64,000 nucleotides of DNA from an uncultured Spirochaetota bacterium (lineage in GTDB: Bacteria > Spirochaetota > Brevinematia > Brevinematales > JAOACQ01), in contig CAWIGG010000002.1 in NCBI GenBank assembly GCA_963835575.1, forward strand, positions 1,472,001 through 1,536,000. The letters run 5' to 3'. Below the pieces are notes generated by a model that ran no database searches, was not told where the DNA came from, and saw only the letters and a list, made by a program, of their open reading frames with translations. The position numbers and the translations under genes were made by a program. Below, piece by piece: positions 10,046 to 19,730 of the stretch (position 1 is the stretch's first letter; the number at the start of each line of letters is the position of its first letter).

Positions 10046-11198
10046 TTTAAAGAAAAGTTTCTCCATTTTCGAATATCTCTGCCTTATATTGTCATTTTTT
10101 GTTTCTATCGTGTTCCTGGCGTTATTTTTTATGGTAAAATCACCGCTGATATTTTCAGCAATTCCCGTCAATGAATCGTATAACAGGGAAGCGCTTTACT
10201 GGGAAAGGGTTGATTCAGGCGTAAAATGCCTGCTCTGCCCTAATTACTGCTTTCTGACGGAAGGCGCAAAGGGCAAGTGCAAAGTCAGGATGAATAAAAA
10301 TAATGTCCTTTATACTGAAGTTTACGGCCAGCCGGCGGCCGTGCATGTCGACCCGATTGAAAAAAAGCCGGTATTCCATATGCTGCCTGGAAGCCTGATC
10401 TTTTCAATCGCCACGGTCGGATGCCCCTTGAAATGCTCCTTCTGCCAGAACTGGACATTATCACAATGCTATCCGGAAGAGTTTAAAGAAGACAGCGGCA
10501 GCATGATCATCCCGCCTTCCCGGATTGTTCAGGCGGCGATCCGGAACGGGAATAAATCCATTGCCTATACCTACAGCGAACCCGTCATATTTTATGAGTA
10601 TATGCTGGAGACTGCCCGGCTGGCAAAAGAGTCGGGCCTGAGGAATGTCATGGTAACATCCGGCTACATCAATGAGGAACCTATCCGCAGGATAGCCCCC
10701 TATTTTGATGTCATCAAAGTGGACCTTAAAGGCTTCAGCGAAAAATTTTATCAGGAGGAAACCGGCGGGCACCTCACCAATGTCCTCAATGTTTTAAAAA
10801 TATTAAAGGAAATGGACAAGCTTGTGGAGGTCGTAAACCTGGTTATTCCGCAGAGGAACGATAGTGATAAGGACCTCGAAAACCTCAGCCGGTGGGTGGC
10901 CGATAATCTCGGGCCGGACACGCCGATATTCTTCAGCCGGTATATCCCGAATTACAGGCTGAATAACCTGCCTCCGACGCCCCTGGAAACCCTCCTCAGG
11001 GCTAAAGCGATTGCGGAGAAAGCAGGACTCCATTTCGTCTATATCGGCAATGCGCCGGAAGCGAAAGGGGAAAACACTTATTGTCCAAACGATCACACGC
11101 TTTTGATCGAAAGGGAGGGATACTGGGTCAAAAAGAATATCCTGAAGAAAGGCCGCTGTCCGGTGTGCGGGAGATTAATACCCGGGATATGGGAATGA
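10038..11198 (+). CDS. AmmeMemoRadiSam radical SAM enzyme with N-terminal TM helix
   Basis: CxxxCxxC (CPLKCSFC), VDPIEKKP, IAYTYSEP, C-terminal CPVCG..IPGIW. Confidence 0.92.
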   Translation: MNNLKKSFSIFEYLCLILSFFVSIVFLALFFMVKSPLIFSAIPVNESYNREALYWERVDSGVKCLLCPNYCFLTEGAKGKCKVRMNKNNVLYTEVYGQPAAVHVDPIEKKPVFHMLPGSLIFSIATVGCPLKCSFCQNWTLSQCYPEEFKEDSGSMIIPPSRIVQAAIRNGNKSIAYTYSEPVIFYEYMLETARLAKESGLRNVMVTSGYINEEPIRRIAPYFDVIKVDLKGFSEKFYQEETGGHLTNVLNVLKILKEMDKLVEVVNLVIPQRNDSDKDLENLSRWVADNLGPDTPIFFSRYIPNYRLNNLPPTPLETLLRAKAIAEKAGLHFVYIGNAPEAKGENTYCPNDHTLLIEREGYWVKKNILKKGRCPVCGRLIPGIWE

Positions 11199-12009
11199 TG
11201 GGATGTATTAATTTATCTGGCGTTTTTTTATTCAAAATTGGAATGATTCATTAGTTGGTTTGGCCGCGAAAAACTCGGAGGATGTGGGACACATAGATAA
11301 TACAATTCTTTATAAGACAATCAGTTACAGAACATGGAAGAAAATCCACTGACACATACCTGACAAATGTAAAACGGCAATTTTAAAAAAAATTGAATAA
11401 ATTGTTCTAACAAAAATACCCAATGAGTAATTAAACTCTTTATTGTTTTTTTTCTCTTGTACCTATCATTTATTTTCAGGGATCTCGAAGAGAAAGGTCG
11501 TTCGCCATTCAACCATCCGAAAAGTAATTCTCCACCGGGTAGACATAAGCTTTCTGCTTAACGACTTTCAATATATATTCAGAATATGTCTTTTTTTCCG
11601 CATCAACAAGAGGTAACTATGCGCTGGGGTTAAGAAATTGCCGGGATTTTTGATGTTCTTTACGAATTTTCAGCCGGTTCATTTTTTTATTCCTTATTCA
11701 AATCGTCTCAAAAAAAACACAACGAATTTTTGTGGTTTTTTCTACCCTTAAGTAAAATTTTTCCAGTCGGGAATTATAAAAATTCCTATCAGTCAAACGT
11801 TTTAAAGGACAATTAATGTTTGTCAAGGATGCATGAAACATATGTCACCGTAAAGAAACGGAGGATGCATCCTTTGCGCCTTGTGGTGAATTAATTCCTG
11901 CATCTTGTTATCAAAAAACATCCTCTTATCATGTTTTGATTCCTTTTGAAAAACCCTGTCCTTATAATAATTTATTATATAATAATATTAATTTAAATTT
12001 AAGGAGTTT

Positions 12010-13569
12010 TTGATGATTAAATTACAAACCCTGAAAAAGACATTAATAGGCGAGATCGCCGTGCTTTCGTATTTAGCCATGATAAAACTCATCATGCATC
12101 TCCTGACAGCGAATAAATACGGCTACTTTTGCGATGAATTATATACCATCGCCTGCGGCAAGCATCTGATGTTCGGCCTTGTGGACATGCCGCCCATCGT
12201 TCCTTTTCTTTCTATTGTCAGCGGGTCAGCATTGGGATATTCACTTTTCTCTATACATATTCTTCCTGCCGCGGCCGGCGCTTTAACCGTTTTTATGGCG
12301 GGTTTGACTGCCAAAGAAATGGGCGGGGGACGGTTCGCTCAATTTATTACAGCCGTAACTGTTTTATTAGGCCCTGTATGGCTAGCTTTCAACGCAATGT
12401 TCACCTATGACAGTTTTGATCAGCTTTTTACTATCACATTCTTTTACCTGATTGCCAGGCTTCTCAGAACCGGAAATGAAAAATTATGGATCGCTATAGG
12501 CGCGGCTGCCGGAATCGCTGTATTGACCAAATATACAATGCTGTTTTACGGAATTCCCCTGGTAATCGGCTTGATCCTGACAAAAAACAGGAAGTATTTT
12601 TTAAGCCCTTTCTTCTGGCTGGGCGGATTAGCTGCTCTTATTATCACGGCCCCTCAAATTATCTGGGAATACCAGCATGGCTGGCCGCTACTTGAATATT
12701 GGGGTAATTACTCCAAATTCAGGACCTTTATTTCTTCACCCATAGAATTTATTGGCATGAATATCATGGCCTATAATCCGTTCAGTTTTCCTCTCTGGCT
12801 GTCCGGAATTATCTATTTCTTTTTTATGAAGGAGGCAAGAGACTTCCGTCTTTTCGGTATAATTTATATCACTTCCCTGGTTATTTTTTATTTTACTAAC
12901 TCGAAAATGTATATGTCGGCGGCCTTGTATCCCATACTTTTCGCAGGAGGAGGAATTTTACTGGAAAGAACCCTGCATGGAAGATTGAAATCATGGATTA
13001 AGTTCGCTTATTTATCCCTGGTGATCGCTATGGGGATAATTTCTCTGCCGAATGGACTTCCTGTTTTTTCCCCCGACGGGATGGCCTGGTATTTTTCAGG
13101 TCAGTCCAAAATGATGGGCAATGTAAGCGTCAAAACAGATAACAGCAAACTGGAGGAGCTTCCGCTGTATTACGCTTACAGGTTCGGATGGGAAGAGACT
13201 GTAAAAAAGATAGCTGATATATATTATAATCTTACCCCTGAAGAAAGAGCCGGATGCATGCTCTTTACAGGAGATTACGGCGATGCCGGCGCGATAGACC
13301 TGCTGGGTAAGAAATATAACCTTCCGGACACCGTCTGCGGCCATTTAAGCTATGCACTATGGGGCCTCCATGATAATACAGGAAAAACAGCGATTGTGAT
13401 CGATATTCCCGTAAAACAACTGGATAAAATGTATGATCATGTTTCGGAAATGGCAAGGATCAATGTAAAATATTCCATGCCATGGCGGAGGAATCTGCCT
13501 ATTTACATATGCAGGGGCTTGAAGCGCCCTATTAATGAAACTTGGCCCGGATTGAAGCATTTTGATTAA
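12010..13569 (+). CDS. GT-C fold glycosyltransferase (GT39/ArnT/PMT-like)
   Basis: YFCDELY, DMPP, LTKY motifs; many TM helices; C-terminal DYGDAGAID domain. Confidence 0.85.
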   Translation: MMIKLQTLKKTLIGEIAVLSYLAMIKLIMHLLTANKYGYFCDELYTIACGKHLMFGLVDMPPIVPFLSIVSGSALGYSLFSIHILPAAAGALTVFMAGLTAKEMGGGRFAQFITAVTVLLGPVWLAFNAMFTYDSFDQLFTITFFYLIARLLRTGNEKLWIAIGAAAGIAVLTKYTMLFYGIPLVIGLILTKNRKYFLSPFFWLGGLAALIITAPQIIWEYQHGWPLLEYWGNYSKFRTFISSPIEFIGMNIMAYNPFSFPLWLSGIIYFFFMKEARDFRLFGIIYITSLVIFYFTNSKMYMSAALYPILFAGGGILLERTLHGRLKSWIKFAYLSLVIAMGIISLPNGLPVFSPDGMAWYFSGQSKMMGNVSVKTDNSKLEELPLYYAYRFGWEETVKKIADIYYNLTPEERAGCMLFTGDYGDAGAIDLLGKKYNLPDTVCGHLSYALWGLHDNTGKTAIVIDIPVKQLDKMYDHVSEMARINVKYSMPWRRNLPIYICRGLKRPINETWPGLKHFD

Positions 13570-13570
13570 A

Positions 13571-14854
13571 GGGCGGTTTTAAAAACCGCCTAATTTATCA
13601 ACACTTCCCTGATAATAGAAAATATTTTCAAAATATTTCTGCCAACAGGTTAAAAACTGTTTCTATTACCAAAATTCAGCCAAACACGGGCAATATTATC
13701 CATATCTTCTGTATTTTAAGCCGCACAAGACGCAATTCGACCTTTTACCACAACATACCGTGCTAAATTATAAACCAGATTCATCAGCCCGATTTGGCTC
13801 TCTGCCCTTTCTTTTCCTATCGATCGTATTGTACTGCCGTTCATACTATTTTCAACAAAACCAAAAACATGCTCAACACGAACTCGGATGCGGCTCTTTC
13901 TTCTATTTTTTTCTTTCTGCTTCTCCGTCAATGGCTTATTTCTGTATCCTTTTTCGTGAATCCGGTTTTTCATCTCAAATTTTTCTAATATTCCTGCTAC
14001 CGTTGGGCCAACATATGCGCTGTCCGCGTAAAACGGCTTCCCTTTGTCTTTCTCATTCAATAGAGGTTCAACTACCTGTGAATCGTGAACGCTCGCATCT
14101 GTCGTGACATAAGAACGAATAAGTTTTGACTTCACATCAACCTTTGTATGGTTTTTGTATCCGTAATGCCTCTCTTTATTCTTGGTCATCCAGCGCGCAT
14201 CCGTGTCTTTATGGGAAAGCTTATGCGTATTATCTTTCCAATCTTCCGGAACCTCGCCTTCTTTTATTTTCTTGTTTTCTTCGCGGCTGTTCCTCTGCCG
14301 GGGAACATCCACAAAACTTGCGTCTACCATAACGCCCGCTTTCCCTATCACACCTTTATTCTCAAGATTCTCATCGAATATTTTAAAAAGTTTCTCTATT
14401 GCTTTCGCTTTCATCAGTTTTTCCTTGAATTCCCAGATTTTACTGTAGTCCGGAACTTTGTCCGAAAGTGTTATCCCAAGATATCGCTGAACGGATAACC
14501 TGTCATTGATCTGAAATTCCGCTTGCTCATCGGAAAGATTGTAATACCTCTGGAATATCAGTATCTTGAACATGAAAACATAGTCATAATGTGGCGCTCC
14601 GCCCGGCGCCTTCTGCTCTTTCGGCGCCAAAATCTCTGTTAACAGCGGCCGGAACATCTCAAAGTCTACAACCCTGTTAAGCTTATCCAGCGGTGTTTTT
14701 ACGCCGCTTAGCTTTTCCATCCGCTCCTGATATTCAAACAAGTTACGGTCTTTCCGCTTAATTTTTGTCATAGCCTTACCTCTGTTTTCTTTGACTATGA
14801 TTATATGTTTTTATATACTATTTGTATATGATACGTGGGTTTTTCAAACCGCCC
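13571..14854 (-). mobile_element. IS5-family insertion sequence, type A, copy 1 (1284 bp)
   Basis: TIRs gggcggttttaaaaacc / ggtttttcaaaccgccc; TAAA direct repeats at 13567-70 and 14855-58; near-identical to 51719-53002. Confidence 0.92.
13716..14771 (-). CDS. IS5 family transposase
   Basis: VDASFV, YGYK, YADSAY, RVRVEHVFG DDE motifs. Confidence 0.95.
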   Translation of the reverse strand: MTKIKRKDRNLFEYQERMEKLSGVKTPLDKLNRVVDFEMFRPLLTEILAPKEQKAPGGAPHYDYVFMFKILIFQRYYNLSDEQAEFQINDRLSVQRYLGITLSDKVPDYSKIWEFKEKLMKAKAIEKLFKIFDENLENKGVIGKAGVMVDASFVDVPRQRNSREENKKIKEGEVPEDWKDNTHKLSHKDTDARWMTKNKERHYGYKNHTKVDVKSKLIRSYVTTDASVHDSQVVEPLLNEKDKGKPFYADSAYVGPTVAGILEKFEMKNRIHEKGYRNKPLTEKQKEKNRRKSRIRVRVEHVFGFVENSMNGSTIRSIGKERAESQIGLMNLVYNLARYVVVKGRIASCAA

Positions 14855-14949
14855 TAAATATAAAAGAGGAACCTGAAATAACATTTTTTGATATATTAAT
14901 AATTACCTTGAGTTTGGAAAATATACGAGTTTAAAGCCTTCTTCAAACT

Positions 14950-15609
14950 ATTAGTGCACTTACCTATTTAAAAAATATTGAAGAATCAGGACTTAAACCT
15001 GATTATGTGGCAGGGCATAGTTTAGGTGAATATAATGCTTTATTTGCAGCAAATGTCTTTGATTTTAAAACAGGTATAGAATTAGTTCAATACAGAGGAC
15101 AGTTAATGGCTTATGCTAAAGGCGGGTCAATGGCAGCTGTAATTGGTCTAAATGCAGAACAGATAAGTAAAATTTTAAAAGATAATTATTTTAATACTAT
15201 TGATATTGCTAATTATAACTCACCAAAGCAAATTGTAATATCTGGAATGAAACAAGATATTGATGGTGCAAAATCAGTTTTTGAAAGTTCAGGTGCTGTA
15301 ATGTATATTCCTCTGAATGTAAGTGGAGCATTTCACTCCCGTTACATGCAAGAAGTTAAAAATAGTTTTAAAATATACTTAAACAAGTTTGAATTTAATG
15401 AACCTAAAATCGAAGTAATTGCAAATGTGAATGCTTGTCCATATGAAATAAGTAACATTAAAGAAAATCTAAGTGAGCAAATTTCTAGTTCAGTAAAGTG
15501 GGTTGAATCCGTGCAATATCTAATGGGAAAAGGAGTTAACGAATTTGAAGAGATTGGACCGGGCAAAGTTTTAAGTGGATTAATTCAGAAAATTCAAAAA
15601 GAATTATAA
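14950..15609 (+). pseudogene. 5'-truncated malonyl-CoA:ACP acyltransferase, trans-AT PKS (PksC-like) type
   Basis: SALTYLKNIEESGLKPDYVAGHSLGEYNALFAA...VSGAFHS; N-terminal FPGQG region missing, in-frame stop at 14932; low GC. Confidence 0.8.
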
Positions 15610-15731
15610 TTTGAAATCATTTAAAAACTAAATTTTATAATGAGAAGATTTGAATCAGGCTCGCCCTAAAAAGCATAGTCTCCATGTTACATCAAAGTAA
15701 AGTTACTGAAAAATGGCTTTTTCAGGCTAAA

Positions 15732-16484
15732 CTATTTATCTATGAAACTCCATTTAGAATAAATAAATTTACTAACCCATTGATCTACAACGACTGCAGA
15801 CACGTAATTGCTATCATTCACATCAATATCTTCGAGAAGCCAATTACATTTTACAATGCTACTCTTATGAATTTCTATATTAGATTTTTTATTCGGATTG
15901 GGTGATACTGAAAACTGGTCTAGCGGCATATATAAACCTTCCCCAATGGCTTTAATAAAAGCCTCTTTTCGAGTCCAACAAGTAAAAAATGCTCTTTTTC
16001 TTATTTCACTTGGTAAAGCAAAATATTCTTCTATCTCTTTCTTAGAGAAAAATCTATTAACAATCTGGTCTGAATCAATAAAATCTTTTATATACTCAAT
16101 ATCAATTCCAACTTCTCTTTTATAAGTTATAGCATATATAATATATTGCCCTGAATGGGATAAATTAAATTTTAAGTGCTTATATTCAGGATGATTTAAA
16201 ATTAATTTCCCCCTTTTTTCAATTGAGAATTTAATTATCTTTGGTTCCATGTGAATATATTGGCTTATTATCAATCTTAGTATACCTCGTGCAATGATGT
16301 GTCGCTCAGTATCTTTTTCAAAAACAAATCTATTTGCTCTGTCTAATTCATCATTTGATATAATAGTTGATAAATACTCTTGTTTATGTTTTTCATCATC
16401 AACATTCACTAAACAGATATGCACACTATCCTCGGTAAGCTGAATATTTTCGCCCGGTTTATTCCATAAATTAATGTTTTGCAT
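15732..16484 (-). CDS. Sfp/HetI-type 4'-phosphopantetheinyl transferase
   Basis: FNLSHS, VGIDIE, WTRKEAFIKAIGEGL. Confidence 0.92.
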   Translation of the reverse strand: MQNINLWNKPGENIQLTEDSVHICLVNVDDEKHKQEYLSTIISNDELDRANRFVFEKDTERHIIARGILRLIISQYIHMEPKIIKFSIEKRGKLILNHPEYKHLKFNLSHSGQYIIYAITYKREVGIDIEYIKDFIDSDQIVNRFFSKKEIEEYFALPSEIRKRAFFTCWTRKEAFIKAIGEGLYMPLDQFSVSPNPNKKSNIEIHKSSIVKCNWLLEDIDVNDSNYVSAVVVDQWVSKFIYSKWSFIDK

Positions 16485-16747
16485 TATTGCTACCTCAATA
16501 AATATTTATTTGTAATATTACAAATTCTTAAAGGGATCATACTCAATATAGAAAATGTCCATGTTATCTACAAAAAACTTTTTGTACTCATCGATCGGGT
16601 TCACATAAATAAGGGTTCTATAAATGCTCTTGCGGCAAAACAAGGAAGATAGAACGAACGGATCGATGGATTGTTCTTCTATGTTAGTCATACTGATGGC
16701 TATAGCGTAAATATACCTTAAGTTATGCAGTTTTAAGTTCTTTATTA

Positions 16748-17086
16748 CTAAAAGCAGGTAGATGGTTTTAAAGGTCTCTGATATCTGCCGAGAGGAGATG
16801 GAGAATATTTCCCCCTTTTTTTGATATTATTTGTCTTTATGCATTCTCTGTTGTTTACTCTGGGGTAGTTATCGAAGTACAAGCGGGCCAGCTCATCCGT
16901 CATCTTGACAGGCTTTTTTGTCTTAAGGTTTTGGTACTCCCTTGTAATAATTTGTAAGCGAATTTTTGACTCAATCTCATCCGTTTTCCTTTGTCGAGTT
17001 ACACTAGGAAGTTTAATTCGCTTCCGTTTTTCGTTTAAAGTTATCGATGTGTAATAAGCGCAACTATTTTTGTCCCAATATGCCAT
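16748..17086 (-). pseudogene. Probable N-terminal remnant of a phage-type integrase
   Basis: Basic beta-rich start (YYTSITLNEKRKRIKL) followed by MTDELARLYF resembles arm-binding/SAM-like region; no catalytic domain. Confidence 0.35.
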
Positions 17087-17603
17087 AAATCCTTCTCCAG
17101 TCAATAGTTTTGCCAGTGTCAGTAAAGCCTATAAACTAGTATAATCTACTGACAGCTGACTGGCAAGTTTTAGCAAATTGAAAGAAAATAGCGATATGTT
17201 TAGAAACGAAACACTTTGAAAATAAAAGAAATACGATGTTGGTTTTGCTAAAGTCGCTGTATGTAAATCAGATAGGGTGAGATAAATACAAAAATATTTT
17301 ACATACCGGAGCGCTCCAGCCTTTACTTTTTAAATAATCATATGATAATAATAGATCACGATGAGAGGCTATCCAAAGGACTTGTCCCGCGGCAGGCCTA
17401 TCTTTTTATATTTCAACTCTATTTTATAAGTTTTCAAAAGATATAAGTGTTCAAATTTGGAACAACTTCAGCGAAATTAATTATTAAAAGGTAATGAAGC
17501 TTTTTATTACTGATATAGTGATAAAATCTTAGGGATGAACGGCAATTTCCATAATATTCATGTTATTACCATTATAATTAAAAAGTTTCCTTCAGGAGTA
17601 AAT

Positions 17604-18080
17604 TCATATCCCAGACAAACTATACCCGCAGTAGATTTTTTCTTTTATGTTGATATAATTCTTCAATCCTGTTATGTATTGAAATCCCCATTTTGAGTTG
17701 TCTGATGAGAAAGTAGGGTCCCAGGCAAAATCGTACCCACCGTAAGTTTTACCATTAATATTAATATTATACTTACCGTCATTTTTGTATCGATATCCCC
17801 ACTTGGAACCATCCGGTGAAAAAGTAGGACGCCATACATCTTCGTACCCGCCGTTGGTTTCCCTAAATATAGCATTTTTTGTAAATTTTATACTGATACC
17901 CCACCTTGAAACGTCTCCAAAAAATGCTGGGGCCATTATTAAAGCACAATCGTATTCACCATAGATTTGCCCGTTAATGTTGAAATACCATATCCCGTTG
18001 GTTTTATATGAAAATCCCAATTTTGAACCGTCAGATGATAAAGAGGGACCCCATGCGTTTTCATATCCTCCATAGATTAA
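17604..18080 (-). pseudogene. Fragment of beta-propeller repeat protein (PD40/TolB-like blades)
   Basis: About four ~37-aa repeats YGGY-x2-W-x-P-x-FS-x-DGSKWG...ININGK; frame open upstream of 18020 with no obvious start. Confidence 0.6.
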
Positions 18081-18096
18081 ACTTTTGGAATGAAAA

Positions 18097-18138
18097 AATG
18101 TGATCTATTAAACCTATAATGTGATCTATTAAACCTAT
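18097..18138. repeat. Perfect 21-bp tandem duplication
   Basis: aatgtgatctattaaacctat x2. Confidence 0.9.
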
Positions 18139-18182
18139 AAAGGTATTCAAATACGATTCATCATCGTTTGTATTCTTAGCGG

Positions 18183-18310
18183 TGCCCCAGGTTTTAGTAG
18201 ATAATGATTTCAGGAGTAGGTGAACCTGGGAGTCCCTGGGAAAACGGGTATATTGAATCTTTTGATGGGTAAATTAAGGGATGAGTTGCTTAATGGAGAG
18301 CTTTTTGATA
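18183..18310 (+). pseudogene. IS3-family transposase remnant
   Basis: EPGSPWENGYIESF then (frameshift) GKLRDELLNGELFD, the IS3 integrase-core signature; TG-starting IR-like stretch at 18183. Confidence 0.8.
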
Positions 18311-18563
18311 TATTAAATATAATTGATAAGATTAAAAATGAATTTAAAATTTTATCGGGAAAAGGAATTCACATCACTTTTTTTCATACAAAAACAAAAT
18401 ACAATAGATAAGTTGATAGACGAGCCGGAGTTTTGTTATTAAGTCGTTATTAATTTGCCAAATAGCTGGCCAAGTAATAAAATAATCCTTGTTATGGGAA
18501 ATGCGCCAAGCCCTTATCAACCAGTATATTTTGGAAACAAAATAGTTCCAGGAAGGCGAATTA

Positions 18564-19730
18564 ATGAACCACCAGGTCATCAACCATAAGGCTATCAAAA
18601 ATTACAATAGACATAAGATTTTAAATCTTCTCTCGGTTAAAAGGGAATTAACTAGACAGGATATTTCTTTAATGACAAACATCAGCATACCGACGGTCGC
18701 TGCAAATATAAATGAACTAATCAAAGAAGGTCTGGTTGAAGAAGCCGGTATGGCTGCATCGACCGGCGGCCGGAAAGCGCTTATCGTCCGCTATCTGCCG
18801 GATGCCAAGGTTTCTTTCGGCGTGGAAATAACGCCGGAAAAAGTCGGGATTCTCCTTTCGAATCTGGATTCGGAAATCCGCTTCGAGACGGAGCTTGTAA
18901 CGGAACCTTTCGCCCGCATAGATGATGTTATGATCCGCATTTCGGAAGAAATTGAGCGTATACTTTTATCGCTGAAGATTCCTGCAGAAAGGGTGCTCGG
19001 GATAGGTTTTTCATTGCCGGGCACTGTGAACCAGAAACAGATGGCGCTGGAGCTTGCGCCCAATCTTGGAATGAAGGGCATCCTTTTTAAACCGTTTGAA
19101 AATCTTTTCCGCTATCCGATCTTTATTGAGAATGAGGCGAATGCCGGCGCTCTTGCCGAGATGAAACTCGGGAATCAATCAAAATCGGGAAACCTGGTTT
19201 ATATTTCGATTACCGGAGGAATCGGAACAGGCATTATTATCCATGGAAAATTATACAAGGGAAAAAACCAGCGTGCGGGCGAGTTCGGCCATATGACAAT
19301 AGTCCCTGAGGGAAAACTTTGCAATTGCGGACGAAAGGGCTGCTGGGAACTCTACGCCTCGGAAAAAGCGTTATTAGGACGTTACAGCGAATCAAAAGGC
19401 GGTAAAAATCCGGCTGTTTATTCTGTTTCGGATTTCCTGGAATCCCTGAAAGCCGGTGAAAAGAATGCTTTAAATTTATGGAACGAATATCTGGACTACG
19501 TTGCTCTGGGTATTCAAAACATAATGCTGGGGCTGGATCCTCAAATGATTATAATCGGCGGGAAAATTGGATTGTTGGGCGATACCCTTATTGAACCTCT
19601 CAAGGAAAGGGTGTTTACACCGGTTGTATTCGAAGGAGCGGGAGATGTCTCGATTGCCGCTTCACAGCTCGGTTTCCATGCGCCGATGCTCGGAGCCGCC
19701 ATTCTTCCGATCCAGGAATATCTAGAATAA
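18564..19730 (+). CDS. ROK family transcriptional repressor (XylR/NagC-like)
   Basis: N-terminal HTH, GGRK, ENEANA, GEFGH, CNCGRKGCWE zinc motif. Confidence 0.93.
   Translation: MNHQVINHKAIKNYNRHKILNLLSVKRELTRQDISLMTNISIPTVAANINELIKEGLVEEAGMAASTGGRKALIVRYLPDAKVSFGVEITPEKVGILLSNLDSEIRFETELVTEPFARIDDVMIRISEEIERILLSLKIPAERVLGIGFSLPGTVNQKQMALELAPNLGMKGILFKPFENLFRYPIFIENEANAGALAEMKLGNQSKSGNLVYISITGGIGTGIIIHGKLYKGKNQRAGEFGHMTIVPEGKLCNCGRKGCWELYASEKALLGRYSESKGGKNPAVYSVSDFLESLKAGEKNALNLWNEYLDYVALGIQNIMLGLDPQMIIIGGKIGLLGDTLIEPLKERVFTPVVFEGAGDVSIAASQLGFHAPMLGAAILPIQEYLE

Noticed and set aside
11509..11682. Minus-strand 58-codon frame with in-frame TAG (possible recoding)
   Set aside because: No recognisable family and no supporting recoding signal; likely chance or decay.
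17544..17570. dif-like site
   Set aside because: Central spacer too short and XerD arm poor.
17604..18080. Diversity-generating retroelement template/variable repeats
   Set aside because: Repeats are ordinary protein-level blades, differences are not adenine-specific, and there is no reverse transcriptase.
18097..18138. Iteron or CRISPR remnant
   Set aside because: Only two adjacent copies without spacer; simple duplication.
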